From the NCBI RefSeq assembly GCF_009914755.1, contig NC_060943.1: DNA of 64,000 nucleotides. The stretch is one strand, 5' to 3'. Below are positions 1-23,415 of the stretch, in pieces. Position 1 is the stretch's first letter; every line of letters starts with the position of its first letter. Position numbers and translations under genes: made by a program. This DNA comes from the human T2T-CHM13v2.0 reference genome, Homo sapiens. A model generated the notes under the pieces. It had not been told where the DNA came from, ran no database searches, and saw nothing but the letters and a program-made list of their open reading frames with translations.

Positions 1-140
1 GTTTCTGAGCAGGCTTATGCCTGCAGGTTCCTGTGGAGCCACCGGCTGTGACGGGACACCTCTGGGTCTCAGCATTGCCCTGGGGAGGCTGGGACATTTA
101 GGGACATGGTAGGGTTTTAACATTTGTTTCCCAAATGTCA

Positions 141-521
<381 letters not shown>

Positions 522-1349
522 TGACAGAAGCCTGATTATCAGACTGCCCGGAGGAGACAGGCTCCAGCAGATAGATGCCAGCCAGGCCCAGCTGCCACGA
601 TTTGTCCCAGGTGACCAAAGGCACGCAGCTCCAGCATGAATCGTTCTAACCCAACAGTGACAAGAACTGCTGGGCCTTAACCGTCATGGAAGACTGGGGC
701 CGCTTCCAAGTCACAGACAGGAGACGGGGACAGGAAAGAACTCATTCCACCCAATCGGACACCTAATAATTGAGTGTCTACAGCAGCAATCAAGTGACAA
801 GTGAGGCCCTACCTGACCCAGAAGGTGCCTGCCGGCTAAACATTCTGCCCCCACCAGAAACTCCAGGGGGTCCGCCCGTTATGCCGTGGCCCACCCACGC
901 CCCTTTGGATCACCAGCAGTCACAGACAACAGGCAGGCGAAACTGAAGACCCCAACTCAGCCCCAGCGGACCCTCCAGAGCAAAAGAGGCCCCCGGCGAG
1001 GCCACCTGTCGGCAGGCATGCCGAGGTCAAACAGCCGGGGCCACCGTTCCCAGCTGGGCCACGACCTGCACCGTCCACAGATGGGCTTTGAGATGGATTT
1101 GTATCAGGGTGGGGGGTGTGGTTTGGCCAAAATGCAATGGACCCCGACCCCTCCTCGTAAAAGGATGTTGGGTTTCCCTCTGGTGACACATGGGATGCGT
1201 CATAAACCCTCCCCCAAAGTCCTGGTCAGCAGCCCATCCTTCCAACGATGAGTTTTGCGGTTTTTCAGAACAGAAATGATCACTACGATTGACGACGGTC
1301 GTGATGTTAAGACGTCGTCTCCATGAGCTTTGGGGGGACTTTTATGTGG

Positions 1350-1355
1350 AATAAA
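1350..1355 (+). terminator. Polyadenylation signal (upstream gene, probably ATCAY)
   Basis: AATAAA with downstream GGTTTGTTCCTTTT. Confidence 0.65.
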
Positions 1356-1404
1356 GAAACTATCACTGAGAAGGGAGGTTTGTTCCTTTTGAGTACTAGT
1401 AACA

Positions 1405-3819
<2,415 letters not shown>

Positions 3820-3839
3820 TCAAGATGAGAGTCACTTAA

Positions 3840-4156
<317 letters not shown>

Positions 4157-4375
4157 AAAATTAACCATTTTTAAGAGTACATTCTTCACAATGTTTTGCA
4201 AATACCACCTCTATTAAATTCCAGAACATTCCATTACCCCAAAAGTAAATCTGTCCCCAGCAGCCACAGTCATCCCCACCCACCTCCCCCAGCCCCTGGC
4301 ACCCACGCGTCCCCTTCCTGTCCTCGTGGATTGACGTGTCCTGGGCATTTCATGTAAATGGGATCACTGCACCGT
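4157..4375 (-). mobile_element. Old L1M 3'-end fragment
   Basis: Resembles the reverse complement of L1M 3' UTR (ccagaacattccattacccc...cctgggcatttcatgtaaatgggatca). Confidence 0.55.
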
Positions 4376-4834
4376 GGGGCAGTGAGGTCGCTAATCAATA
4401 CCCTGGGACCTGGGACTGCTTGGGGACTGGCAGGCATTTGTAGCCCCTGTGGCTTCTCCCTCTCCTTCCCGCCGGGGTGGGCTGGCACAGGGAGGCCTCC
4501 CAGAGGTGCCCTGCCAGGGCCTTTATCTGGGCATGTCACTGTCACCTGAGGCCCTGGGCCACGTGCCCCACCAAGAGGCTGCCAGGAAATTCTTGCCACC
4601 GAAACTGGGCCAGAGGTGAAGCCCAGGAGCCGGGCTTTCCTGGGTGCCTGCTTGAGCACCTGGAGGAGCTCTGGCCACAGACATAGCCACCCCGCTGCAC
4701 TGCCACAGATCCTGTGGCTGACTGCTTTTTCTGAGCTTTCCTCATGAATACCCCAAGATTTCCAGTCCATTTTGCAAAAGCTCTTGAAGTCCAGGGTCAC
4801 AATTCTGTTAACAGGACTCATAAAGTACATCATT

Positions 4835-6150
<1,316 letters not shown>

Positions 6151-6349
6151 AAAAATTAAAACATTTAATAAGAGAATACTTTTTCCCTTTACCAGTAGAA
6201 GAGAGAAGCAGCAGAGTGTCATTCCTCCCCATTACCCCCTCCCCGCCCCGCCGGCCCCCAGTCAAATGACTCCACCCACAAGGCAGGCACGGGATGAATG
6301 GTCCCTGGTGTCACGCTGAGATCCTGTGGCTGGGCCCCCGGTCACCTGG

Positions 6350-6469
6350 GCAAGGCTATCTTGTGATTCACTGCTAAGGATCTTAAGCCCACCTTGGCCC
6401 TGACCTCGTTGGAAAACGAAGCTCCCCGCAGGGTCCCGGCCTCTAGGGCTGCTGTGCGGGCGGGGGTGG
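6350..6469 (+). other. NMRK2: Probable upstream non-coding first exon of NMRK2 (start approximate)
   Basis: Strong donor TGG|GTGAGT at 6470. The TSS cannot be fixed from sequence. Confidence 0.45.
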
Positions 6470-6846
6470 GTGAGTTCGCTTCCTTGACGCCACGAGAACC
6501 AGTCTTAATGTCAGGGTCAGGCCATAGGACACAGAGAGCGGGATATTTTTAGGGAGGGAAAAGTGTGGGGCTGCTGATCTGAGCTCTCTGGCCAGGAGGA
6601 GGGAAGGGGGTGGGGGTGGAGAGGAGGGAGGAGGGGGTAAGAAGGGGAGGAGAGGGGAGGAGGGAGTGGAGAGAGGGCAGGGAGGTGGGAGGAGGGAAGA
6701 GGCAGCCCCCTGCCCGGCCAGCTCGTGACTAATTTAGGCAAAAGGCAGCCTGGAGCTATTTCCATTCGGCGGCGGGAACAGGTGCCGGCGCCTCCGCCCC
6801 ATCCCCAGGGGCCGCCTCCCCCGGGGCGGCCTCCAGGCTGCCGAGA

Positions 6847-6856
6847 CCTATAAAGG
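6847..6856 (+). promoter_or_regulatory. NMRK2 proximal TATA box embedded in a CArG box (CCTATAAAGG)
   Basis: TATAAA at 6849-6854 flanked by CC/GG, a perfect CC(A/T)6GG. Lies in a CpG-rich region ~110 nt before the ATG. Confidence 0.7.
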
Positions 6857-6962
6857 CGCCAGGTTTTCTCAATGAAGCCGGGACGCACTCCGGAGCGCAC
6901 TGCGTGGTCGCACCCTACCCGGGCTGCCTTGGAAGTCGTCCCCGCCGCCCCTCCGCACCGGC

Positions 6963-6988
6963 ATGAAGCTCATCGTGGGCATCGGAGG
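6963..6988 (+). CDS. NMRK2: Nicotinamide riboside kinase 2 (MIBP/ITGB1BP3), coding exon 1: MKLIVGIG(G)
   Basis: ATG at 6963, donor GG|GTGAGC. Joins the next exon to form the P-loop [12 protein letters not shown]. Confidence 0.95.
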
Positions 6989-7254
6989 GTGAGCGCCGGG
7001 GGACCTGGTGGGCGGCCCTGCGGGGCAAAGCCCCCTGTGCGCGCAGAGGGGGAGGCCCGGGAATGAATGGAGGGATGCCTGGCGCCTGAGGTCACCTACA
7101 CGCCGCCCGAGGTCAGAGTGCAGGGAGGATTTTCTGCCCTGGGGGTCTCGGTGTCCCCAGTGGGAAGGGGGGCTGGACACTGAGCCCAGTGTTTCATTTT
7201 TTAAATGGAAATGATTCCCGCCACCTTCCAATTATACTCAGCATAAAAAAAAAT

Positions 7255-9951
<2,697 letters not shown>

Positions 9952-10525
9952 GTGCCCGCCCTTGCCCGGGGAGGTGGAGCTGAGAGGGGATGCAGGGTGG
10001 GCAGCCAGGCCCGGCCAGCCCCGCCCTCCACTGCCCAGTGCCCGTGTGGGCTGGGCACTGGCTCCACTCCCTGCCTGACCCCTCCTGGGGTCTCTGGGAT
10101 AAACTGGGCCAGGAAAGTGAGGGACGGGTGTCGTGTTCCCATTTCCTAAGCACCTATTTCATACGCAGCCCATTCTCACTGGACATCCCTACAGTGGGGA
10201 CCCCAGTTAGATGGATGGGAAAGCCACCATTCCTCCACAGGGCCAGCCGGCTGTGGCTTTCTGGGTGAATACCCTTTATTCCTCTCCACCTCCCCTTTCC
10301 CATCTGCAAAATAGACTCTGAGCCCAGCTCGCTGTGTGGGTGTGGGTGGGGGTGAGGGCTAATGAGATGATTGATGGTCTGGGGAAAATCTGAGGGTCAG
10401 GCAGAGCCCCCACGCCTCAGGGACCTCAGCAGCTCCAGCAAGGGACCCCCTAAGACTCCATCACCCAGGCCGGGGGTGAGGCAGGACCGGGCACTGAGCC
10501 CGAGGTTCAGGCTCCTCTGTTTCAG

Positions 10526-10574
10526 CCCCAAGACCAAATAGCAGTTGGGGAAGACGGCTTCAAACAGTGGGACG
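10526..10574 (+). CDS. NMRK2: NMRK2 coding exon 3: PQDQIAVGEDGFKQWD
   Basis: TTTCAG acceptor, GTAAGG donor, phase consistent. Confidence 0.93.
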
Positions 10575-10600
10575 GTAAGGACAAGCATCACCTCCAAGCC

Positions 10601-11833
10601 CCACTATCCCCCGGGGTCCGCCCTCCTGCAATGCCCGCTCCCCCTCCACTATTCCCCCGGGGTCCGCCCTCCTGCAATGCCCGCTCCCCCTCCACTATTC
10701 CCCCGGGGTCCGCCCTCCTGCAATGCCCGCTCCCCCTCCACTATTCCCCCAGGGTCCGCCCTCCTGCAATGCCCGCTCCCCCTCCACTATTCCCCCGGGG
10801 TCCGCCCTCCTGCAATGCCCGCTCCCCCTCCACTATTCCCCCGGGGTCCGCCCTCCTGCAATGCCCGCTCCCCCTCCACTATCCCCCGGGGTCCGCCCTC
10901 CTGCAATGCCCGCTCCCCCTCCACTATTCCCCCGGGGTCCGCCCTCCTGCAATGCCCGCTCCCCCTCCACTATCCCCCGGGGTCCGCCCTCCTGCAATAC
11001 CTGCTCCCCGTCCACTGTCCCCCCGGGGTCCGCCCTCCTGCAATACCCGCTCCCCGTCCACTGTCCCCCCGGGGTCCGCCCTCCTGCAATGCCCGCTCCC
11101 CGTCCACTGTTCCCCCGGGGTCCACCCTCCTGCAATGCCCGCTCCCCGTCCACTGTTCCCCCGGGGTCCACCCTCCTGCAATACCCGCTCCCCGTCCACT
11201 GTCCCCCCGGGGTCCACCCTCCTGCAATGCCCGCTCCCCCTCCACTGTCCCCCCGGGGTCTGCCCTCCTGCAATACCTGCTCCCCGTCCACTGTCCCCCC
11301 GGGGTCCACCCTCCTGCAATACCTGCTCCCCGTCCACTGTTCCCCTGGGGTCCGCCCTCCTGCAATACCTGCTCCCCGTCCACTGTCCCCCCGGGGTCCA
11401 CCCTCCTGCAATGCCCGCTACCCGTCCACTGTTCCCCCAGGGTCCGCCCTCCTGCAATACCTGCTCCCCGTCCACTGTCCCCCCGGGGTCCACCCTCCTG
11501 CAATACCCGCTCCCCCTCCACTATACCCCGGGGTCCGCCCTCCTGCAATGCCCGCTCCCCGTCCACTGTTCCCCCGGGGTCCACCCTCCTGCAATACCTG
11601 CTCCCCGTCCACTATCCCCCAGGGTCCGCCCTCCTGCAATGCCCGCTCCCCGTCCACTGTTCCCCCGGGGTCCACCCTCCTGCAATACCTGCTCCCCGTC
11701 CACTGTCCCCCCGGGGTCCACCCTCCTGCAATGCCCGCTCCCCATCCACCGTCCCCTGGGGTCCGCCCTCCTGCAATGCCCGCTCCCCGTCCACTATCCC
11801 CCAGGGTCTGCCCTCCTGCAATGCCTGCTCCCC
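10601..11833. repeat. Minisatellite/VNTR, ~27 copies of a 45-46 bp C-rich unit (CCACTATTCCCCCGGGGTCCGCCCTCCTGCAATGCCCGCTCCCCCT)
   Basis: Directly visible tandem periodicity filling almost all of intron 10575-11842. Confidence 0.97.
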
Positions 11834-11842
11834 TTTCCCCAG

Positions 11843-11999
11843 TGCTGGAGTCTCTGGACATGGAGGCCATGCTGGACACCGTGCAGGCCTGGCTGAGCAG
11901 CCCGCAGAAGTTTGCCCGTGCCCACGGGGTCAGCGTCCAGCCAGAGGCCTCGGACACCCACATCCTCCTCCTGGAAGGCTTCCTGCTCTACAGCTACAA
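11843..11999 (+). CDS. NMRK2: NMRK2 coding exon 4: (V)LESLDMEAML...LLEGFLLYSY(K)
   Basis: TTTCCCCAG acceptor, GTAAAC donor; LLEGFLLY motif. Confidence 0.95.
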
Positions 12000-12589
12000 G
12001 TAAACATCTGCAGGCTCTGGCCCCAGGCATGGCCCTCTCTGGGCGGGTATAGCCATCTCTTGTTTTTTTTTTTTTTTTTTTTTTTTGTTTTTTTTTTTTT
12101 TTGAGACAAGAGTTTTGCTCTTGTTGCCCAGGCTGGAGTGCAGTGGTGAGATCCTGACTCACTGCAACCTCTGCCTCCCAGTCCAAGCAATTTTCCTGCC
12201 TCAGCCTCCCAAGTAGCTGGGATTACAGGCCTGCGCCATCACACCCGGCTAATTTTTGTATTTTTAGTAGAGACTGGGTTTCACCCTATTGGACCAGGAT
12301 GTTCTCAAACTCCTGACCTCAAGCCATCCGCCCGCCTCGGACTCCCAAAGTGCTGGGATTACAGGCGTGAGCCACCACGCCTGGCTCACATCTCCATTTT
12401 AATAGTCAGGAGACCCAGGAGCAGAGCCACCACGGGAAGTCAGGAGTTGGGGGCAGAGCTGGGATCAACCCAAGTCTGGAGCCAGGCGTGGTGGCTCACC
12501 AGCACTTTGGGAGGCCAAGATGGATGGATCACCTGAGGTCAGGAGTTCGAGACCAGCCTGGCCAACATGGCGAAACCCTGTCTCTACTA

Positions 12590-12879
<290 letters not shown>

Positions 12880-13137
12880 TCACTGTGTGGCCCTGAGCAA
12901 GACATTCTGTCTGTCTGTGCCCGTCCAAGTTGGAGAAGAAGCATGATTCAATTTTGTGGGGGGCTGCTGCAGGGATGTTGGCCAATTCAGCTTCCCTCCC
13001 TGACCCCTAAACTCACTGGCCCAGACCACCCCATGTGCTCGCCACCCTCTGAAAGCCAAGGCTGGGGGGTTGGATATTTTGACTGCGGTTGAAGGAAAGC
13101 TCACAGGTGCTGACCGTGTCTCCCCCACTCCGCCCAG

Positions 13138-13209
13138 GCCCCTGGTGGACTTGTACAGCCGCCGGTATTTCCTGACCGTCCCGTATGAAGAGTGCAAGTG
13201 GAGGAGAAG
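13138..13209 (+). CDS. NMRK2: NMRK2 coding exon 5: [23 protein letters not shown](S)
   Basis: CCCAG acceptor, GTGCAC donor, phase consistent. Confidence 0.93.
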
Positions 13210-14282
13210 GTGCACTTGGTGTCTGGGGGTGCGGTGGGCTCCTGAGGGCCCTGTCTTGAATTACTGGGTGGAACCAGCGGTAACCTAGAAAATGCCACTG
13301 GGGGCTGGGCACAGTGTCTCTGGGCTGTAATCCCAGCACTTCCGGAGGCTGAGGCAGGTGGATCACCTGAGGTCAGGAGTTCGAGACCAGCCTGGCCAAC
13401 ATGGTGAAACCCCGTCTCTACTAAAAATACAAAAATTAGTCGGGCGTAGTGGCGTGCACCTGTAATTCCAGCTACTTGGGAGGCTGAGGCAGGAGAATCG
13501 CTTGAACCTGGGAGGCAGAGCTGAGACTGGGACACTGCACTTTAGACTGGGTGACAGAGGGAGACTCTGTCTCAAAAAAAAAAAAAAAAAAAAAAAAAGG
13601 CGGCCAGGCGCGGTGGCTCACGCCTGTAATCCCAGCACTTTGGGAGGCTTGGGCGGATCACCTGAAGTCAGTTCGAGACCAGCCTGGCCAACATGGTGAA
13701 GCCCCATCTCTACCAAAAAATACAAAAATTAGGGAGGCCGAGATGGGCGGATCACCTGAGGTCAGGAGTTTGAGACCAGCCTGGCCAACATGGTGAAACC
13801 TATCTCTACTAAAAATTGAAAAATTAGCCAGGCATGGTGGCGGGCTCCTGTAATCCCAGCTACTCAGGAGGCTGAGGCAAGAGAATGGCTTGAACCCGGG
13901 AGGTGGAGGTTGCAGTGAGCCAAGATCAGGCTACTGTACTCCAACCTGGGCAACAGAGCGAGATTCCATCTCAAAAAAAAAAAAAAAAAAAGAGAAAACG
14001 CCACTGGACACGGGCCACATCCCAACGCCACAGGCACTGGCCACTTAGCTGGCTGGAGCTCTGTGCCAGGTGCCCAGAGCCTGAGGCCTGGATAGCACGG
14101 CCCACCCCAACCCTGTCCAGGGCATCTCCCGGACCCACAGGGTGAACATGCCGGAGGTTGGAGCCTCTAGCCCAGGGCTTCTGACCGAGGGTCCCCTTGC
14201 TCAGAGGTTCTGTCCCTGACTATGACAGCTTTCAGGCCCCCCACCGGGGGTATATTCTTAGCATCACCCTTCTGTGCTCTAA

Positions 14283-14796
<514 letters not shown>

Positions 14797-15319
14797 TAAA
14801 CGCCCTTCAGTACTCCCCACTCAGGACCTTTGGAAACCTGGACATTCCTCCGTGAGCCTCGCCCCCAGTCCCTCTTGCTATTTTTGTTGTTGTTGTTTAG
14901 ACGGAGTCTTGTTCTGTCGCCCAGGCTGGAGTGCAGTGGCGCGATCTTGGCTCACGGCAATCTCCGCCTCCCGGGTTCAAGCCTTTCCCCTGCCTCAGCC
15001 TCCTGAATAGCTGGGATTACAGGCGCGCGTCACCACACCCATCTAATTTTTGTATTTTTAGTAGAGATGGGGTTTCACCCTGTTGGCCAGGCTGGTTTCG
15101 AACTCCTGACCTCGTGATCCGCCTGCCTCGGCCTCCCAAAGTGCTAGGATTACAGGTGTGAGCCACCGCGCCCGGCCCCCTCTTGCTGTTGGTCCAGGAA
15201 ACTGACTCCAGCAGCCCGACTCTGCAGATCTCCTTGCTCCTGACCCAGCCGTCCACTCGTCCCCCCGTGCTCTGGCCCCCTTCCTCCCGGCAGCCCTGAC
15301 GCAGCCTTTCTGATTTCAG

Positions 15320-15510
15320 TCTACCTGGACGGCATGAAGTCCCGAGAGGAGCTCTTCCGTGAAGTCCTGGAAGACATTCAGAACTCGCTGCTGAACCGCT
15401 CCCAGGAATCAGCCCCCTCCCCGGCTCGCCCAGCCAGGACACAGGGACCCGGACGCGGATGCGGCCACAGAACGGCCAGGCCTGCAGCGTCCCAGCAGGA
15501 CAGCATGTGA
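15320..15510 (+). CDS. NMRK2: NMRK2 last coding exon: (V)[12 protein letters not shown]...QQDSM*
   Basis: TTTCAG acceptor, TGA at 15508-15510; total CDS 693 nt = 230 aa. Confidence 0.95.
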
Positions 15511-15628
15511 GCGTTTCCCTATGGGGGTGTCTGTACGTAGGAGAGTGGAGGCCCCACTCCCAGTTGGGCGTCCCGGAGCTCAGGGACTGAGCCCCAAGAC
15601 GCCTCTGTAACCTCGCTGCAGCTTCAGT

Positions 15629-15634
15629 AGTAAA
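15629..15634 (+). terminator. Probable NMRK2 poly(A) signal (variant AGTAAA)
   Basis: AGTAAA followed by a T/GT-rich tract at 15643-15678. Confidence 0.55.
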
Positions 15635-15680
15635 CTGGGTCCTGTTTTTTTAACTGTTGGTGTCTACCGTGTTCTGTCTA

Positions 15681-15992
<312 letters not shown>

Positions 15993-16027
15993 TTAGCTGG
16001 GCATGGTGGTATACCTGTGTAGCCTCA

Positions 16028-16330
<303 letters not shown>

Positions 16331-16851
16331 GGTGTGGTGTATGCCAGGTCGAGTCCAGGGCCACAGGGAGGGTCTGAGGTCTCCGTGCTGGAGGGGAAGC
16401 AGGAGTGGATATGGAATGGGAGGATGACGTGGAAGAGGTGGCTTGCCAAGGCTTCTCCTTCCCCATAAGCACAGAGTGTGGTAAGGATGATCTGCCGGTC
16501 ACTGTGCCCAAAATAGTCCAGGACAGGACAGAGACATGAGGGAGGTGGTTCCAGGACAGCAGAAGCCCTGCCTGGCAGCCCAGATACCTTGGGCATTATT
16601 GTTCTTTTAAAAAAAAAAGAAAGGTTCATGCCTGTAATCCCAGCACTTTGGGAGGTTGAGGGGGGAGGATCACTTAAGCCCCGGAGTTCCAGTCCAGCCT
16701 GGGCAAGATAGTGAGACCCCCATCTCTACAAAAAATGATAAAATATTAGCAAGGCGTGGTAGCCCATGCCTGTAATCCCAGCACTTTGGGAGGCCAAGGA
16801 GGTGAATTGCTTGAGCCCAGGAGTTTGAAACCAGCCTGGGCAACAGAGTGA

Positions 16852-17139
<288 letters not shown>

Positions 17140-17419
17140 TAGGCCCCCCAAAATGCTGGGATTACAGACGTGAAACACCATGCCCGGCTGTGAGACCCCG
17201 TTTCTACAAAAAATTAGCCAGGCATGATGACACATGTCTGTAGTCTCAGCTACTCGGGAGGCTGAGGTGGGAGGATCCCTTGAGCCCAGAAAGTTGAGGC
17301 TGCAATGAGTTATGATTGCATGACTACACTCCAGGCTGGGCGACAGAGCAAGACCCTATCTCAAAAAAAAAAAAAAAAAAAAACAAAACAAGAAGGGGAA
17401 CAGTAGCCACAGGGTAACC

Positions 17420-17828
17420 AACCAAAAAACGGAAGATGATAAGGGTTGGCCAGGATGTGGAGAGAGCAAAACCCTTATGCTCTGAGGTGGGAAATGGAAC
17501 ACAGTGAGCCTGACGAGAAACAGTCTGGCCGTTTCTCAGAATTAAACATGGAATTACCATAGGGCCTAGCAATCCTGCTCCTGGGCAAGGCCCCAAGGAA
17601 TTCACAGCAGGGACTCAAAGAGATCCTTGCACAGCCATGTTCATGGGGGCACAGCCCACAACAGCCAAAAGGTAGAGGCAACCCAAGTGTCCACAGACAG
17701 ATGAATGAATGAACACAATGTACTCCATCCGTACATGAATATTACTGAGCCATGAAAAGGAAGGGAATCTGGACACAGGGCACAACAGGATGATCCTTGA
17801 AGATGTCACGCTCCGTGAAATAAGCCAA
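17420..17828 (+). mobile_element. Old L1M ORF2/3' fragment
   Basis: caggatgtggagaga...caatcctgctcctggg...caacccaagtgtccac.gacagatgaatg motifs of the L1 3' end. Confidence 0.75.
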
Positions 17829-17924
17829 GGCCGGGCATGGTGGCTCACCCTTGTAATCCCAACACTTTGGGAAGCGGAGAGGGGTGGATCACCTGTGGTC
17901 AGGAGTTCAAGACCAGCCTGGTCA

Positions 17925-18179
<255 letters not shown>

Positions 18180-18423
18180 TCACACCTGTGAATCCCAGCA
18201 CTTTGGGAGGCTGAGACTGGAGGAGCCAAGGAGTTTGAGATCAGCCTGGACAATATAGCAAGACCCTGTCTCTACTTTTAAAAAAAATACTGGGGGGCTA
18301 GAGCAGTGGCTCACGCCTATAATCCCAGCACTTTGAGAAGCCAAGGCAGGAGGATCGCTTGAGCCCAGGAGTCTGAGACCAGACTAGGCAACATAGTGAG
18401 ACCCTGTTTCTTTTTTTAATTTA

Positions 18424-18759
<336 letters not shown>

Positions 18760-19269
18760 TTAATTAAAACAACTTTTTTGGCCAGGCGCGGTGGCTCACT
18801 CCTGTAATCCCAGGACTTTGGGTGGCTGAGGCAGGCAGATCATGAGGTCAGGAGTTTGAGACCAGCCTGGCCAACATGGTGAAACCCCATCTCTACTAAA
18901 AATACAAAAATTAGCCGGGCATGGTGGCACACGCCTGTAATCCTAGCTACTTCGGAGGCTGAAGCAGGAGACTAGCTTGAGCCAGGGAGGCAGAGGTTGC
19001 AGTGAGCTGAGATCACGCCACTGCACTCCATCCTGGGCGACAGAGCAAGACTCTGTCTTGGGGAAAAAAATAATAATGATTAAGATGGCAAATTTTGCTT
19101 TGTGTGTTTTGCTAAAAGTTAAAAAAATAGGAACAGGAGCACTAGGGTAGCTAGCTCATCCCAGTTGGCCCAGAACGTTCCTGGTGTTACCACTCAAAGT
19201 CCTGTGTTCCCAGGAGAAACAGGAGGATGAGTCACCCTTATGGGAGCCAATCAGCTTGAGAAGTCAGAT

Positions 19270-19365
19270 TACTCCATGACCCATTCTTATAGGGCTCAGA
19301 GAGGGAAAGAAACTTGCCCAAGGTCACCCAGCAGAGCTGATATTTGAACTCAGCTCTGTTGAATG
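19270..19365. mobile_element. MIR fragment
   Basis: ggctcagagagg...aacttgcccaaggtcacccagc...atttgaactcag MIR core. Confidence 0.7.
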
Positions 19366-20086
19366 CCAACCCCCTGACCTTCTCCAGCCCCATGTGGCCT
19401 TCCATCTTCACACTCGCCTGCTGGGAAGACCCCCTCTCCCCTCCCAGAGCCATCTAAGGGGCCCAGAGAATCCCACCCCAACATTGCCCGAGTACAGCTG
19501 GATTCTGGGTGCAGTGATGGTGTCGGTTAACCTCTGCCTGTCTCGCGGCTCCTGCCCTCCACAAACAGAACCAGTGACTCATTCTCCCCAAATGCAAAGC
19601 AGATGCACCTGTAATTTGTCCCCCTAGGAGTACCCGTCCATCAGCGACAGGGACAGGGCACCCCGAGACCAGGCAGCCCCGGGTGCAGGTGGGCAGCTCC
19701 AGGACCCAGCCTGCTCGGCCCAAACCCAGGCAGCCTCTGCCACTTCCTGGCCCACTGTCCCCAGGCAGGTAAAACGCCGTCTCTGTGCCTCAGTTCCCTC
19801 CCTCGTGTGCTCAGCGTAGCACCAGGCGCTTGGAGTTATCACAGCTGCTGGGTTGATGGCTGGTGTCGCTATGCACCACAGTGACAAACCGAGGCAGGCC
19901 CCGACCCACAGGCCAGCCCGATGGGCACAGTGAGCGGGATCCACCTGCCAGGTGTCTAGCAGGGCTTGGAATTCTCCCCAGCACCCCGAGAGAGATGCGT
20001 GCAACTGACTCCTTTTTGCAGATGGGGAAACTGAGGCTCGGGAAGTGGATTTGCTTACCCAAGACCACACATGAAAGGTGGAATCA

Positions 20087-23415
<3,329 letters not shown>

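Noticed and set aside
10601-11833. CRISPR-like array
   Set aside because: Contiguous tandem units with no unique spacers, in a human genome with no cas genes.
10545-12104. 519/421/426-aa Pro-rich ORFs and the antisense Gly-rich ORFs, taken as a standalone gene
   Set aside because: They are products of the 46-bp VNTR inside a spliced intron. Kept only as a conditional hypothesis in the findings.
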